A DNA stretch of 64,000 nt. Source: Vicugna vicugna (Eukaryota). The stretch is from positions 2,761,576 to 2,825,575 of the forward strand of contig MU057887.1 in the NCBI GenBank assembly GCA_013265495.1. Direction: 5' to 3'. A model generated the notes under the pieces. The model was not told where the DNA came from, did not search any database, and saw only the letters and a list, made by a program, of their open reading frames with translations. The position numbers were made by a program, and so were the translations under genes. Shown piece by piece: positions 44,340 to 56,139 of this stretch (positions are counted from its first letter, which is position 1; each line of letters starts with the position of its first letter).

Positions 44340-47300
44340 GTAATTGTCCCCGGCGCGGACCGGTCCCCCGCTTCGTTCCCCGCGCTCCCTGCTTCCAGCA
44401 CGTTCCGCCGCCACCGTCGCCGCGCTCGGCCCGGCTCGCCCAGCGCCACTGCGGGGCCCGCGCGCCCGGCTCGGACCCTCCCTGGCGTCCGGCCCCCGGC
44501 GCCGAGCCCGCCGCCCCGCTCACATCGGGGGTCAGAGGCGGCGCGCGGCGGGGGTGCGGCGGGGTTTGGCGCGGCGGCCTGAGTGCCTCTCGTTCCGCCG
44601 GCCCCAGCCCGCGCCCAGGCTGCTGTGCCGTCCCCTGCCCCGCACGGCTCGTTGGCAGCGGTTCCCGCCCGCTCTCCGCGGGCCTTCGGTAGATGGCACC
44701 CGCGCTCCACGCTGGTCGGCGGGGCCTGGGGGCCGGGCGGCGGGAGCCCAGGGTGAGGCCTGTGGGCCCGCACCCCATTCCCCACGCCGCCTTCCGGGCG
44801 AGTCCGGGACCGCGGGCTCTGGGAGCAGGGACTTGACAGCCAGAGCACCTGGCCCTGCACCAAGTTCGGCCCCTTGTCCTCCCAGCGCTTGCTTGAGCGC
44901 GGGGCTCTGGGATTCGGTTCTAGGACTTGCTTGAGTTGCGTGAGTTGATGGTCGGACCCTCGCAGCTGGAGGAATCTGTGGGACCTGTAGCCCGGCACCA
45001 AGGGCCCGGGACGGGGGCACATGGGCTGGTGTGGTCAGTGGGCACCAGTCCCCCGGGCACTCCTGGAAAGTACCCCGCTCCAAGGCAGGGCTCTCCTGGA
45101 GGCCTGCCCTGGTGCATCCTGGGCTCAGCCTGGCTGGCCCTTGTGGAACAGCTGAGCTAGGCACCCGCTGCCCAGAGTGTCACCCGCTGCCCGCAGCCGG
45201 CTGTGCCCTTGCCCCCAGCGCTGCCTCATGCTCCCCCTGGCCAGCAGGGAACAAGCCGAGCAGGGAGCTGGCGGGGCGGGTGATGCGGGCAGATCCTCAT
45301 TAGCTTCAGGCTCTTACAAAGGAAGGGTTTGCAACGTTCAGCTGCTTCCCTGCCTAATTAATGAGCTGCCTCTGGCTTCCCGGGGAAGCAGGTAGGTAGC
45401 TGTGGGAAGCCAGCCCCGGCCGTCACCTGCTTCGCTGGCCTGGTGTCCATTTCCCTCCCTGGATTTTGGGCCCAGGCCCTGAAGGGAGACAGGTCAGTCC
45501 CAGGGGGGTGCTGCGGGCCTGGCTGGCCCCTTGAGAGCCTGAGGCGCTCCTGCTGAGCCGGAGGCTGGCCCTCCACAACCTGCTTGCTGACTTGCTTCAG
45601 GAGTGGGTGGTTCTCCCAGGGGTCGGGGTCCCCTGGAGCTGGAAAGCCCCCCGAGGGCTGATCTCGGCTGTCTTCTGCCAGAGGGTCTCAGGACCCACCA
45701 GTTAGCCGGGGGTTCCGTCCTGCACAGCTGGGCCTCCTTTGGCCAGCGTTCCCACCCTTCCCACTGATCTTTCCTTCCTGGGAGATTCGTCTTAAGGGAC
45801 TCCTGTTAAAGTTCCATTGCTTCTAAGATGGAAAGGGCCTGGCTGTGTGAGGATTTTCTGGGATGAGGGGAGTCTTCCGTGCTTTCAAGGCTGTGCTTAA
45901 GTAAGAAAATAAAGCTCTGAAGCCTATGGCTGAAACGTTCCCTTCTGCTCACCCGGGGGGAGCTGCCCGATCCTGCTGCCTTTGCAGGGCACCACCGTCC
46001 TCTCCGGGCCACGCATCTTAAGGATGCGATATGTTTTGGTCAAAAGAGTTTCTGTCTTTCGGATTTTAAGAATCTGAGTGTGGAGCAGGTGGGTTTTTCG
46101 GGGAAGCATCTTGCTCAGAGAGTGTAGTCTTTTCTGTGGATGGTTACCTGAGAGCCCTGCTCAGAGCCCAGTGTTCACCCTGGGCTGGGCAGGCTCGTCG
46201 GCATCCTAGGAGCTGGGGCCGGAATAGGAAGGTGGGACGGGGTGAGGAGCAGGCACACGCTCTGAAGGGACAGTGTCTTTCAGGCACTCGGGGGAAGTTT
46301 GAGCGGCTGCCTGAACAGCCCTCTGGGATTCTGTGAAGTCCCATCTGTCCACCCGGAGATGTTTGCTTGCTCCACGGGGATGGAATACCCTGTGCTCCGT
46401 CTCTCTGGAAGGTCAGAACTGGGGCAGCATCCCCCTCCTCCCTGAGCCGCCCCTTTCGGCGCATTGGGTTCGGGAGCCCAGGGCAGGCGCTGGGAGGGTG
46501 GCGGGCTGACTGGGTGCCGGGGATGCCCTGCCCGACCCGGCCGGAGGCTGCAGGCTGCCGGCCACTTCCTTCCAGCGGCGCGCCGGCCAGCGGGAGGGAG
46601 GGGAGCGAGGCGGGCGGATGGACAATTGTGACTTGTTGTCTGCAGATGAGTGGGAAAGAGCTGTTTAAATAGCCATTTCCATGAATCTGGTTTTTTCAGA
46701 GGTGAAGAATGGGGGACACAGGGAGCCGTTTTTCCACACTTCGTCTTTTGTGCGGAGATACGGGTCACCCCATGGCTAATCCGTCCCCCTCTGGCCAGTC
46801 TGCCTTCCAGTGTTTGCGAAGATGAATAGGGCTGTGAACGGAGAGAGAGGCGTATTGTTGTCCCTAATTGCAGCCTTGGCTGGGCTGGGCTCTGTGAGAT
46901 GGGTCCTGCCCGCCGCGACGGGCCTGGCCCAGGCAGCCGGAGGGCAGGGAGAAGGCCCCTGGTCACGGCCACGGCGTGGGGTCTGGGGGCTCAGGGACCT
47001 GGGCAGCTCCTTCTCCTGCTGGCCCTCTGGACAGCCTGACTCTCCTCTGGGAGGCGAGAGTTGTCCTCTGCTTCTGAATTCAGCCTGCACGTGCCCTGCA
47101 TTTGTGAATTACGGGCAGAGGTGGGGTGGGGGTCTGGGGACGCTGATTTCAGACACAGCCTCTTGATCAGGGGGACAGAGCGCCGGTGGGGTGGTGCGCT
47201 GGGAGAGGGCAGGGGAAGGTCCTCTTTGATCTACCTAATTTTGCCTGGTCTCGGAACACGGCCTTAAGCAAACGGCCAGAATTATAAAGATCTTCCCCAC

Positions 47301-49373
47301 CGCCCTCTACTAAAGACTCGAAGATGCCTTTCTCCCAGCCTTCAGGTCACTCCACGGACGGACGCCTTGGTGCCACAAGAAGGGTGACTGCACCACGGAG
47401 AAGCAGGGAGGTGCGGCGCTCACGGCCAGGCGGGCCAGCCCACCTGGGCGGCGTGGTTTCGAAGCTGGGACCGGAGGGAGGCAGGGGCATCCCAGGAACC
47501 TCCAGGCGGCTCTCCTTTCTGGATCACGGGGAGAACCCGGGCTTTTTCCTGGAGGTGTGGATTTGAGGTTTGTGTCTCCCTCAATCCTTGTGGTCTCAGG
47601 GAGCCTGCGAGGGGGTGAAGGCGTTGTTAACACCCTCACACGTTCCCACTGAGAACTCGTTTTGGGAGGTGGGCGCCCGTGACTGGCCGCCCTTGCAAGG
47701 GACCCGGCCTTGCTTCCTTCCTGAATTAGCCGGCTGCTCTGAGGGCCGACTGTTGATGGAGTAAACGAATTCAACTTCCATTTATCTGTTTAGCTCCCCG
47801 TTCTGGAAGTGAAGTAGGACTCTGTGAGCCCCGGGGCTGGGAGGGACCACACTTGGCCTGATCTGTGAATTATCGCGGCTCTGGGCGCCGATCATTCGTT
47901 GCTGTGGTCGTCAGGAGCTGGGCGGCTAATGCCGAGTGCTACTAGGTCTGTTACGTCCGTGAGTTTATTTTAAAAGTGGACAGTGGTCTTAGGATTGACA
48001 GAGCACAGTTCCTGGTACCTAGGAGTCCATCAGAAGTATTTGTGGCATCAAATAATCGTCCCGGCTACACCCCCTGCGCGTGTCCCGGGGCACAAGGGGG
48101 CAGGTGCGTGCGGGCAGCTCTTGGCCAGCCGGAGGGGCTTCTGAGGATGAGCGCTGTTGTGGGGGTCTGGCTGCACCCAGTTCCGTTCTCAGATGCTGCG
48201 GTCAGAGGGGTGTCGGGGACCGGGCTTGGGGTGTGCGTTCAAGTGAAGAGAAGACTGCAGAAGCCCTGTGTTCTGAACACTTGCAGCCACCCACCCAGAC
48301 CTGGCCTTCAGTGCCGGCTGCAGGGCTCCCAGCCTGGGCCTGGCTGCCCATTTGTCCCCGAGTCTCTGCGCTGTGTGTGGAGGGGCCCAACCAGGCTGCC
48401 CCCACCCTCCAGCAGACTTTATCCAAGAGGCCAGGGGAGGGGGCCTGGCCGCTGGGAGGGGTGGAGTGAAGGGGCTTAAAATTATCTCAACGGCTTCATC
48501 GTCATTTGCCATCGTGTCAGTGTGACAGGATCTAAACGAAACCCAGGCTAACCGTGATGGGAACCTTGTCGCCGGGCATCTGACGGTGTGAAAGTTAAAG
48601 CGGAAAGGGACTGGTGATGGAGCTGACTCTCCTTACGTGACGGGGCCAGTGGCACCCTCCCGAGGGCCCGGGCACACGTGTGCACACTCAGGAGGGCCAC
48701 CACTTAGCCGGACCCCCACCTGCATCACTGGAAGCTCTTCCATCCCAAGAGGGGCTTCGGAGAGCCAAGCTGGGGACCATGTGGGTAGCTCGCTCAGAGG
48801 TCTGACATCAGGGCCTCTGCCCGTCTCTGGGGACGCAGCCCTGTGCGGGGCCCCGGCGGTCGAGGGGGTGGTGGGGCGGCCACATCCCCGGCCGGTGGAG
48901 GCAGGGTCGCAGTGCACCTCGGAGTGGGACACGCCTGAGTCTTTATGTGTGCGCACACCTAGATAAACATGCATGTGAGTTGTCTGTGATGGCCTTCGGC
49001 ACTCAGTATATGAGACACACGGTGAGCTTGACTTAAAATACAGCCTCCTGATCGGGGCAGAGGCCTGTGTGGTGATGCCCTGGAGGCACAGACGGAGGCC
49101 GTCCCCCCACCTCTGCACTGATGCCTGAGTAAGTAGACACGCGATGCGCGGTGCAGCGTGAACGTATGTGGCCCATGACATAAGCACGTAATTCTGCATC
49201 TGCACGTGACACAGCTGCTGTTCACACACGGGTTTAATGAACGGATTCAGGGTTTCTTTCAGATGTACGTTAATGACACCTGTGGTCGCTGTCCTGCTGG
49301 GGTGGCGACCAGCCTGCCCTTTTGTCACTTTTTCCTTCAATCTTTCCTTTAATCTAAACTCAGCCCAAGTCTA

Positions 49374-49462
49374 CGCACACACGTGTAACATTACAAACAT
49401 GTAAACACACACACACACAGGCATGTGTGGACTCATACGCACATGGACACACACACACACAC
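49374..49462. repeat. (CA)n-rich microsatellite
   Basis: cacacacgtg...acacacacacacac...ggacacacacacacacacc. Confidence 0.8.
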
Positions 49463-52400
49463 CCCCTGCGTGATGCAGACTCCCGGCCTGGAGCAGAGCG
49501 GCAGAGGATGAGGCCGCCACCCCCCGTGCTCGGCCCCCGCTGTCCGCCCCCTGCACCTGACTCCCTGCGGGGCTGCTGCCCCCACCCCAAGCAGCCGCGT
49601 GCTGTTCTGCAGAAGTGTTTTCACAGACGAGGCAAGAGAGGCCCCGTGAAGCCGAAGGACACGCCCGGCCCACAGAGGCCGGTGGGACGCGGGCTGACGC
49701 GTGGGCTCGACTTCCCTTTCCCTCGGCTTGGATCAGGAGGTCCGGTGGCAGCCTGGAGCCGCACACCCACCTCCCCTCACACGTCCCAGTACCTGCTGCG
49801 CGGACCCAGTGCCTGGCCCGTGGCTCACACGTGCTGGTGCAAATGGCCTTTGGAATTAGGAAGCCAGATGGCAGTGGGATGTCAGGCAAGTCACTGGGCC
49901 ACTGGGACCCTCAGTCTTCTCAGACGGGGGGACAGGATCGTAGAAGCTGACGCTTTAGGGGGTTGTGGGATGACAGGTGGGCTGGAGGCCGGGCAGGCAC
50001 CCGAGGGCTGTGACTGTGTCCAGCAGGTTTTTCTTGAGAAGCCCATGCATATGGGTCAATGATTCCAGGTTACTTCAGACAGACTGGGTGGCGCTTGGGA
50101 CGGCAGCATTGGGGTCGGCGCAAGGGACAGACACCCAGCCCACACTGGTCTAGCGTTAGCAGAGCTCCTCAGATGCGGCGTCTTCCAGGTACAGAAGCCA
50201 CGGCCTGGTCCACCGCCCACTCCCGGCCCCTCTGAGAGTCCTTTTCCAGGTGACTCAGCCTGGGAAGCCTCAGCCGCGGCCGCCAGCTGGTTCTGGCTCC
50301 CGGGGTCACAGGGAAGGGCATGGCCCTCCATCTCTCCCTCCCGAGGGCCCTGACCGTCGGCCCCGTCGGTGCCCTCCCCCAGCAGATGGACAGGCCCTCC
50401 AGCACCATCTCTGCACAGAGCGGCTTCCCAAGAGGAAAGGGGAGCTCAGGACAGCTGGGGGGGGGAGGGCGAGCCCAGCCCCTGCAGTCCACTCTGGGAC
50501 CCGCCAGACCCAGGGTCTGGGGTGTATCCCTGGGGGAGGTGGCCCAGGAAAGATCTGGAAGCAGGCCTGGGCCCTGAGAGCCCAGTGGGCTGGGGTGGCC
50601 AGGGGACGTCCAGCTGTTTGCTCACCAGGCTGGGCTGTGGCCCGGCTGCTCTGGGCGGAGGCCCTTGTCTCTGGGTGGACCTGGGGAGCCAGCTGCCGGG
50701 AGGCCAGCATCCACCTGCTCCGTCGGGGTGGCTTGGTTACCGGCGCACACGGGGCTGCAGGTGCTGTAGACAACGGCGGCGCCCGGCTGCAGGGAGGGAG
50801 GTTAGCCGGCTCCCTGCTGAGCTGGGCCGCAGAGGGGCTGGAGGCGGAGGGACGGGGCTCCCAGCCCACGGGCTTACCCCTCTGTGACCTGGTGGCGAGA
50901 GACACAAGGGCCAGCCCCCTCCTCCCAGGCGCCAGGTGTGTCTGCGGAGCGGGGGTTTCGGGGGCCTGGAAGCAGGGCCACCTTTCTGGGGAAGCATTGG
51001 CAGATGTTCACAGGTGGGGAGCAGGGTGAGCGTCCCCTAGAAAGAGCCCAGCCTTGCTGAGTCACCCGCTACCTGCGGTCCACACGGCCCGCAGGGGTCG
51101 AACGAGCCCAGGCCGGAATCCTGGCCACGTGCCTGGCTGCCCCGTCATGTGGTGTCCCGGAGGCCGCCCCGTCCTGACCCTGCGACGCTCGGCTGGGTGA
51201 CCTTGACAGTGTCCATGGTCATTTCCAGATGACTCTCCATCAGTCATATGGCTCCTTTGTGTAAACCCAGCTTTGCAGGGAGCAGGAGGGAAGCCTTCCC
51301 CATGCCCCCAGCCCCTCCAGACCCCCTGGGGGACCTCAGGGAGCCTCACCTCCAGGTTCCTTTTCAGTGCAAATATCCAAGTCTTTGAGAAAGCACGTCA
51401 CAGACTCAGACCACTGCTCTGGGCGACCCGAGTGGGGTGTCCTGACTAAGCCCCCAGCCCCCTGGGGAGAGTCACGTGGCTGGCCGGGCCCGGCCATGGG
51501 GATCAGGCACGTCCAGCCGTCCTCGTGGCCCCCCGGTCCCCTCGTTTCCCATTCGCAGGCCCTTGTCCATTCAGTGCCCTCCCTCCTCCCGGTGGCCCCC
51601 AGGAATCAAGCTCCTTTTCTGTCTTTGCGTCTAATTCTGCCTAGAAGATGCAGCCTCATCTTCTGGGTGAAAACCCCATGGGTGTGGCTCTCCTGTCTCC
51701 AGAATCTGGGCGACTTTGGCCTCCAGATCCACATGGTCTTGGTGGTTGGGACCAGGGCAGGGGAGCCTGGACAGTCTCAGGCCTTCCCGGAGGTGGGAGG
51801 TGGGGGGACGGGGCTGTCACTGCCTCTCCAGCCGTGTGCTGGCCGCCTGATGAGGGGTCGAGCTGTGACCCAGGGGCACTCAGGTGGCACTTCAGGCAGG
51901 CTTTTGGGGGAGCACGTCCAGCGCTGGGAGGGGCACCGCAGCCTTCACAGTGCTGGGCTCCGTGGACTCCTGGTGGATGACGGCTGGGGCCTTGGCGATC
52001 CCCGAGGTGGCCCCAGAGGCCTTGGTCCGACGGCTCACAGCCCTGGTGGGTCCCACGGGCACCGGCTCCGACTTAGGAGGCCACACCAGGTCTTGGGCGG
52101 GGTGGACACCATCCTCAGCCTTGACTGTCGGCCCCTGTGTCCCACCCTGCCCTGGACTCCAGCTGACCCACAGGGACTGAGCTGTGACCTCTGGTCCCCG
52201 CTCCTGGTTCTGTGCCCTGGGCTCCTGAGGTGACAGTGGGTCCTGCTAGGCCGAGGCTGGACCTGCTGAAGGCGGCTCCCTCTGCCACCGCCCTCCTGCC
52301 TCCAGGGCTGTTCTGGAAGGCTCCGGGCTCAGGAGAGCATGCGGCCCTCTGGGACTCTCCCTGCGAACTTTGCCAGAAGACCTGGCCCAGCCACACCCAC

Positions 52401-52774
52401 CGCCCTCAGCCCTGCCTTCTCCCTGGGGTCTGGAGCCCTTAAATGCACACTCTTTTCGAAGTCAGTTTCTGCCCGGAGAAGGTGGGTTTTCTTAGCCAAT
52501 TACCTTTCTTCTCCACCGATTAGGAAGCAGCTGAGCAGGCCCTGGATTCGCTTCGCTGAGAGAGGAGCCCAGACCTCGCTTATAAATAACTGTGCTTTGC
52601 AGAGCCACACCATCCGTCTTAGCCCTCCTTCCCCGGGGGAGCGCCTGCATGGCGACAGCTCCATGGGCTGGTTGCCTGGGTGACAACCTTGCTAGACACC
52701 CCAGCACAGCCTGAGGCACACGTATTGAGCACCTGCTGTATGCACAGATGCTGTATGAGATGTGCACAGCGGAG

Positions 52775-53128
52775 GGCCCAAGGGGTGGCCCCCCAAGGAC
52801 AGGTCCACCCGAAACCCAGGGACGTGGCCAGATTTGGAAGAAGGGTCTCAGGCGAAAGCAGCCTGGATTGGAGTCCACCCTAAATCCACTGACGAGCCTC
52901 CTTAGAAGAGACACGTGAAGATGGAGACAGAGACGGATGATGTGGCCGCAAGCTGAGGGACGCCTGCAGCCCCCAGGGACTGGGTGAGGCCGGCAGGACC
53001 CTCCTCTGAGCCTCCAGAGAGAGTGTGACCCTGCTCACGCCTGACCTTGGACCTCTGGCCTCCGGGACCCGGGAGAATGGATTTCTGTGGTTTGTGATCA
53101 TTTTCACAGCAGCCGCAGGAAACGGGCA
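52775..53128 (+). mobile_element. MaLR LTR, MLT1C/D-like
   Basis: ggtggcccccca...atttggaagaagggtct...cctggatt.gagt..accctaaatcca.tgac...cctt.agaagaga...ctgagcctccagagagagtgtgaccctgc...ccttggacctctggcctcc...gagaatggatttctgtggttt...cagcagccgcaggaaac. Confidence 0.8.
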
Positions 53129-53454
53129 GGCCACCCACAGGTGACGGAGGAGCCCGACCACGTGTGCCAGGGGCGCCGGGGCCTCACCCGCACCGTCTGT
53201 CCTGAGGAGGGCCGGGGCCGGCAAGTGCCCGTCAGTGTTCAGGCCAAGACGTGGTTTCCTGCCTGCTCGTCTGGAGCCATGGGAGTAATGGCTGTTGGTT
53301 TCGAGGTGGGGGCAGAAGCAGCTTCCCCTGGCGGCGGATGGGGCTGCGGGGACAGCCCAGAAATTCTCAGCGCGCCTCCATCCATAAATCAGCATTTCCC
53401 AGAGCGAGGGCGCGTCCGCGTGCGCACGAGGTGGCTTTATGTGGGTTTGGGTGG

Positions 53455-53560
53455 GCATCTTTCATCTTAATGTGCGTGTGTTTATTTTTATGGTTACCGT
53501 CTATTGACGGCCACTGCACTGGCTTCCCGTTCCCAGGAGATGCAGAGTTCCTTTCTGGCT
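53455..53560 (-). mobile_element. Short old L1M fragment
   Basis: tgtttatttttatggttaccgtctattgacggccactgcactggcttccc resembles ...tttatccattctactgttgatggacatttgggttgtttcc. Confidence 0.35.
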
Positions 53561-53861
53561 GGACAGGGACACTCGGTGTGGGGAGTGGTTGGTGGAGACA
53601 CCGAGCAGCTGGAATGCAGCTATATTGGGCGCCTACTGAGTGCCAGGCCCGGTGAATAGGCTGAGCCGAGGAACAGGGTGCCGGAGGCCGTTGGCCATGG
53701 GTCGGAGGCTCCAGCGATCCCTGTAGGCATGTGAGGGTCACTGCAGGCCTGCTCTCCAGGAATCGTGGTCACTTCCTCAGTGTCCAGGTCACCTGAGGAT
53801 AAAAGGGCCTCCCTCAGATGTGGGACATGGAGCCCGCGGTGCACACAGGGATGGGGGTGTG

Positions 53862-54290
53862 GGCAGTCAGCTCCCCACGGGGCTGTCATCACAGAGGACC
53901 ATGATGGGGGCTCAAAGAGCAGACATTTCTTGTCTCCTCCCTCTGGAGGCCAGAAGTCCAGGCTGAGACGTTGTGGGGGGTTCCTTCTGGCGGGGGCTCT
54001 CGTCCTTCGAGGCTCTTTCCTGCTCCGGGTGGCTCCAGGAGGCCGACTTCGCTGGGCCCGTGGCCGCAGCACCGCAGTCCCTGCCTGCTGCCTGCACTGT
54101 CCCTCTGGCTCACATCCCCCTCCTCTCTCATCACAAGCCGGTCGTTGAATCTAGGGCCCACGCAGGTCCAGGGTGATCTCATCCTGAGATCCTTAACTGT
54201 ATCTTAGCTCTGTCTGCAAGGGCACGCCCCATAAGGCCACATTCTGAGGTTCTAGGTGGACCCACCTCTGGAGCCGCGGTGCAGCTCACC
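53862..54290 (-). mobile_element. MaLR LTR, MLT1C/D-like, inverted relative to 52775-53128
   Basis: ggggctgtcatcacaga..accat...ctggaggccagaagtcc...ttgaatctagggcccac.c.gtccagg.tgatctcatc.tgagatccttaact...tctgcaa...ataaggccacattctgaggttctaggtggac. Confidence 0.8.
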
Positions 54291-55858
54291 CCCGGGGGTG
54301 GAGGACAGTGCGCCCCTGTGCTTGGGTGCTGACACCATCACCATCACCAGGGGACCCAGTCCTGCAGGTCTCAGAGCAACAGGCCCCAGCCTCCTTCCAG
54401 TCTGGGTCTTGCCTTCGTTTGGGGGTTCTCTGGGGGGCCAGGGGCGAGGGCAGTTTGTAGGAGCCCAGCGGGCAGCTTCCTGTGCCTCCTGAGCCCAGTG
54501 GGGAAGGGGCAGGCCCGGGGAGGCCCCCGCGTGCACTTGGAGGCCCTGGTGTCAGCCCGGGCGGCCCTCCTCCCACCTGGGGCCTGCCGTCTGCGGGCCG
54601 AGCTGGCCGCGTGGGCCCAGGACGCCGCCTCTAAGAGTGCGCGGCACATGTCCATCTGCAAGTTAACTCTTTTCTATTCTTTATTTCTTTAAAGCAAATT
54701 GTGAGACCTGCTTTGGCATTTGTGCCTGGCCTCCCCCAAGGCGTGCTCGCTCCCCGTCGGGGCCGTCTGCTGCAGTTTAGCGGCTCCCTGGCCCGTCGCG
54801 GGCTCCGGGTCCGCCACGCGCACTGGCTCACGTGAGCTGAACGTCGCCTGTTTCTTTTGTCCATTGAGTGCCCGTCTTGCGGCCGGAGCACAGTGCAAAG
54901 TTCTGGATATTGAGTTGTTTTCCCACAGCTGCTGGGAAGCTGTGAGCAGGCGAGAGATGGTGCTTTCCACGTGGAATCTTCTAGAGGGTGGGTCTTCTTG
55001 GGTGGAAATCACCATAGGAGCCAGAGATTTGAGGAGCAGGAGAGAGGTCCCCAGGCCCCCTCTCAGGCTGACCCCGGGATCCTGCCCCCCGTGGTCCTCC
55101 CGTTGGAGGGCACCTGACCCCCAGGGCTGGCAGGCCAGATGCAGCCACCACCTGGAGGGCGGCTTCTGATGCCCCCAGCTCTGGCCCTGTGTTGGGGGCG
55201 ACGGGGCATAGACGGGTCGGGAGGGTTCCGAGGGTGGCTTTGCTGTGGAGAGTGGCCTCTCGCTGCTTTAGGGAGGGGACAGGGACACGAGAGGTGACCA
55301 GGATGAGGTCCAGGGGAGAGAGGACAAGGTCCAGCGTGTGTCCCGGCAGTGTGGTCAGGGGCCGGGGCCTGACGGAGCTGCAGAGGGCGGAGCTGGATGG
55401 GGAGCCGCTCCGCGCCCTTGGCAGCTCCCGGGCCTGTGCTGAGGCGAGGCGGCGTCTCCCTGGGTGCTGGACCCCTGTCCGTGTCACCTGGCGTTCCCCG
55501 GAGGGCAGAGGGCGAGGCCCGAGGGGGCGGGCAGGGGGCCTGATGAGTCCGTGGGTGGGGGCTGCCCCTGCAGGCAGCTTGCTCCCCAGCAGATGGCCCT
55601 GGGCCTGCCGCCCTCTGACTCCCTCAGAATGGACCCACTTCCCACAGGAGCAGGGCCCAGACTCATGGCCCTCCACCCGCTGGAGGCGCGTTGGGGGTAC
55701 TGGCAGTGAGCGTGGTCCAGGAAGAGCCAAGTGTCTGCCTGGACCTAGGGCGGGGGCCCCCTGGGAGGTGCACCTGCTTCCCCCGGGGCCCTGGGGGGAG
55801 GGTCTGGGGGTCCTGAGGGTCCCTCCTGGTCCGAGTGGTCCCTGAGCCATATGCACAG

Positions 55859-56139
55859 GCCCTGTGCTGACCTGGTCCCCCAGGGTCCAGCCCACCCCGC
55901 CCCCCGTCACTGCCCCTCCCCCCTACCCCTCGTCCTGGGTGGCAGTCCCAGCCCTGTGCTGACGTCCCCCANNNNNNNNNNNNNNNNNNNNNNNNNNNNN
56001 NNNNNNNNNNNNNNNNNNNNNNNNNNNNNNNNNNNNNNNNNNNNNNNNNNNNNNNNNNNNNNNNNNNCCCCAGGGCTCAGCCCACCCCGCCCCCTGCCAC
56101 TGACCCTGTCCCCCACCCCCTGTCCTGGGTGGCAGTCCC
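55859..56139. repeat. GC-rich minisatellite/VNTR, ~92-bp unit, spanning an N gap
   Basis: gccctgtgctgac recurs at 55859 and 55951 (period 92). cagggtccagcccaccccgccccc...gtcctgggtggcagtccc left of the gap reappears as cagggctcagcccaccccgccccc...gtcctgggtggcagtccc right of it. Confidence 0.85.
55972..56067. other. Assembly gap (96 N) inside a tandem repeat
   Basis: Run of N flanked by copies of the same repeat unit. Confidence 0.99.

Larger units (their letters stand above)
42840..44830 (+). promoter_or_regulatory. TAFA5: CpG island / alternative (proximal) TAFA5 promoter
   Basis: Very dense CpG and GC-box-like sequence on both sides of the N gap, a (CCG)n run at 43457-43473, and the first coding exon inside it. 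Confidence 0.85.

Noticed and set aside
44340-44692. Extension of the TAFA5 ORF to 147 aa
   Set aside because: Similarity to TAFA5 stops at the GT donor (44340); the remainder is read-through into GC-rich intron.
42812-45022. Long ORFs (736, 546, 470, 348 and 278 aa) across the CpG island
   Set aside because: They run through the 585-N gap, are Pro/Arg/Gly/Ala low-complexity from extreme GC content, and resemble no protein I recognise.
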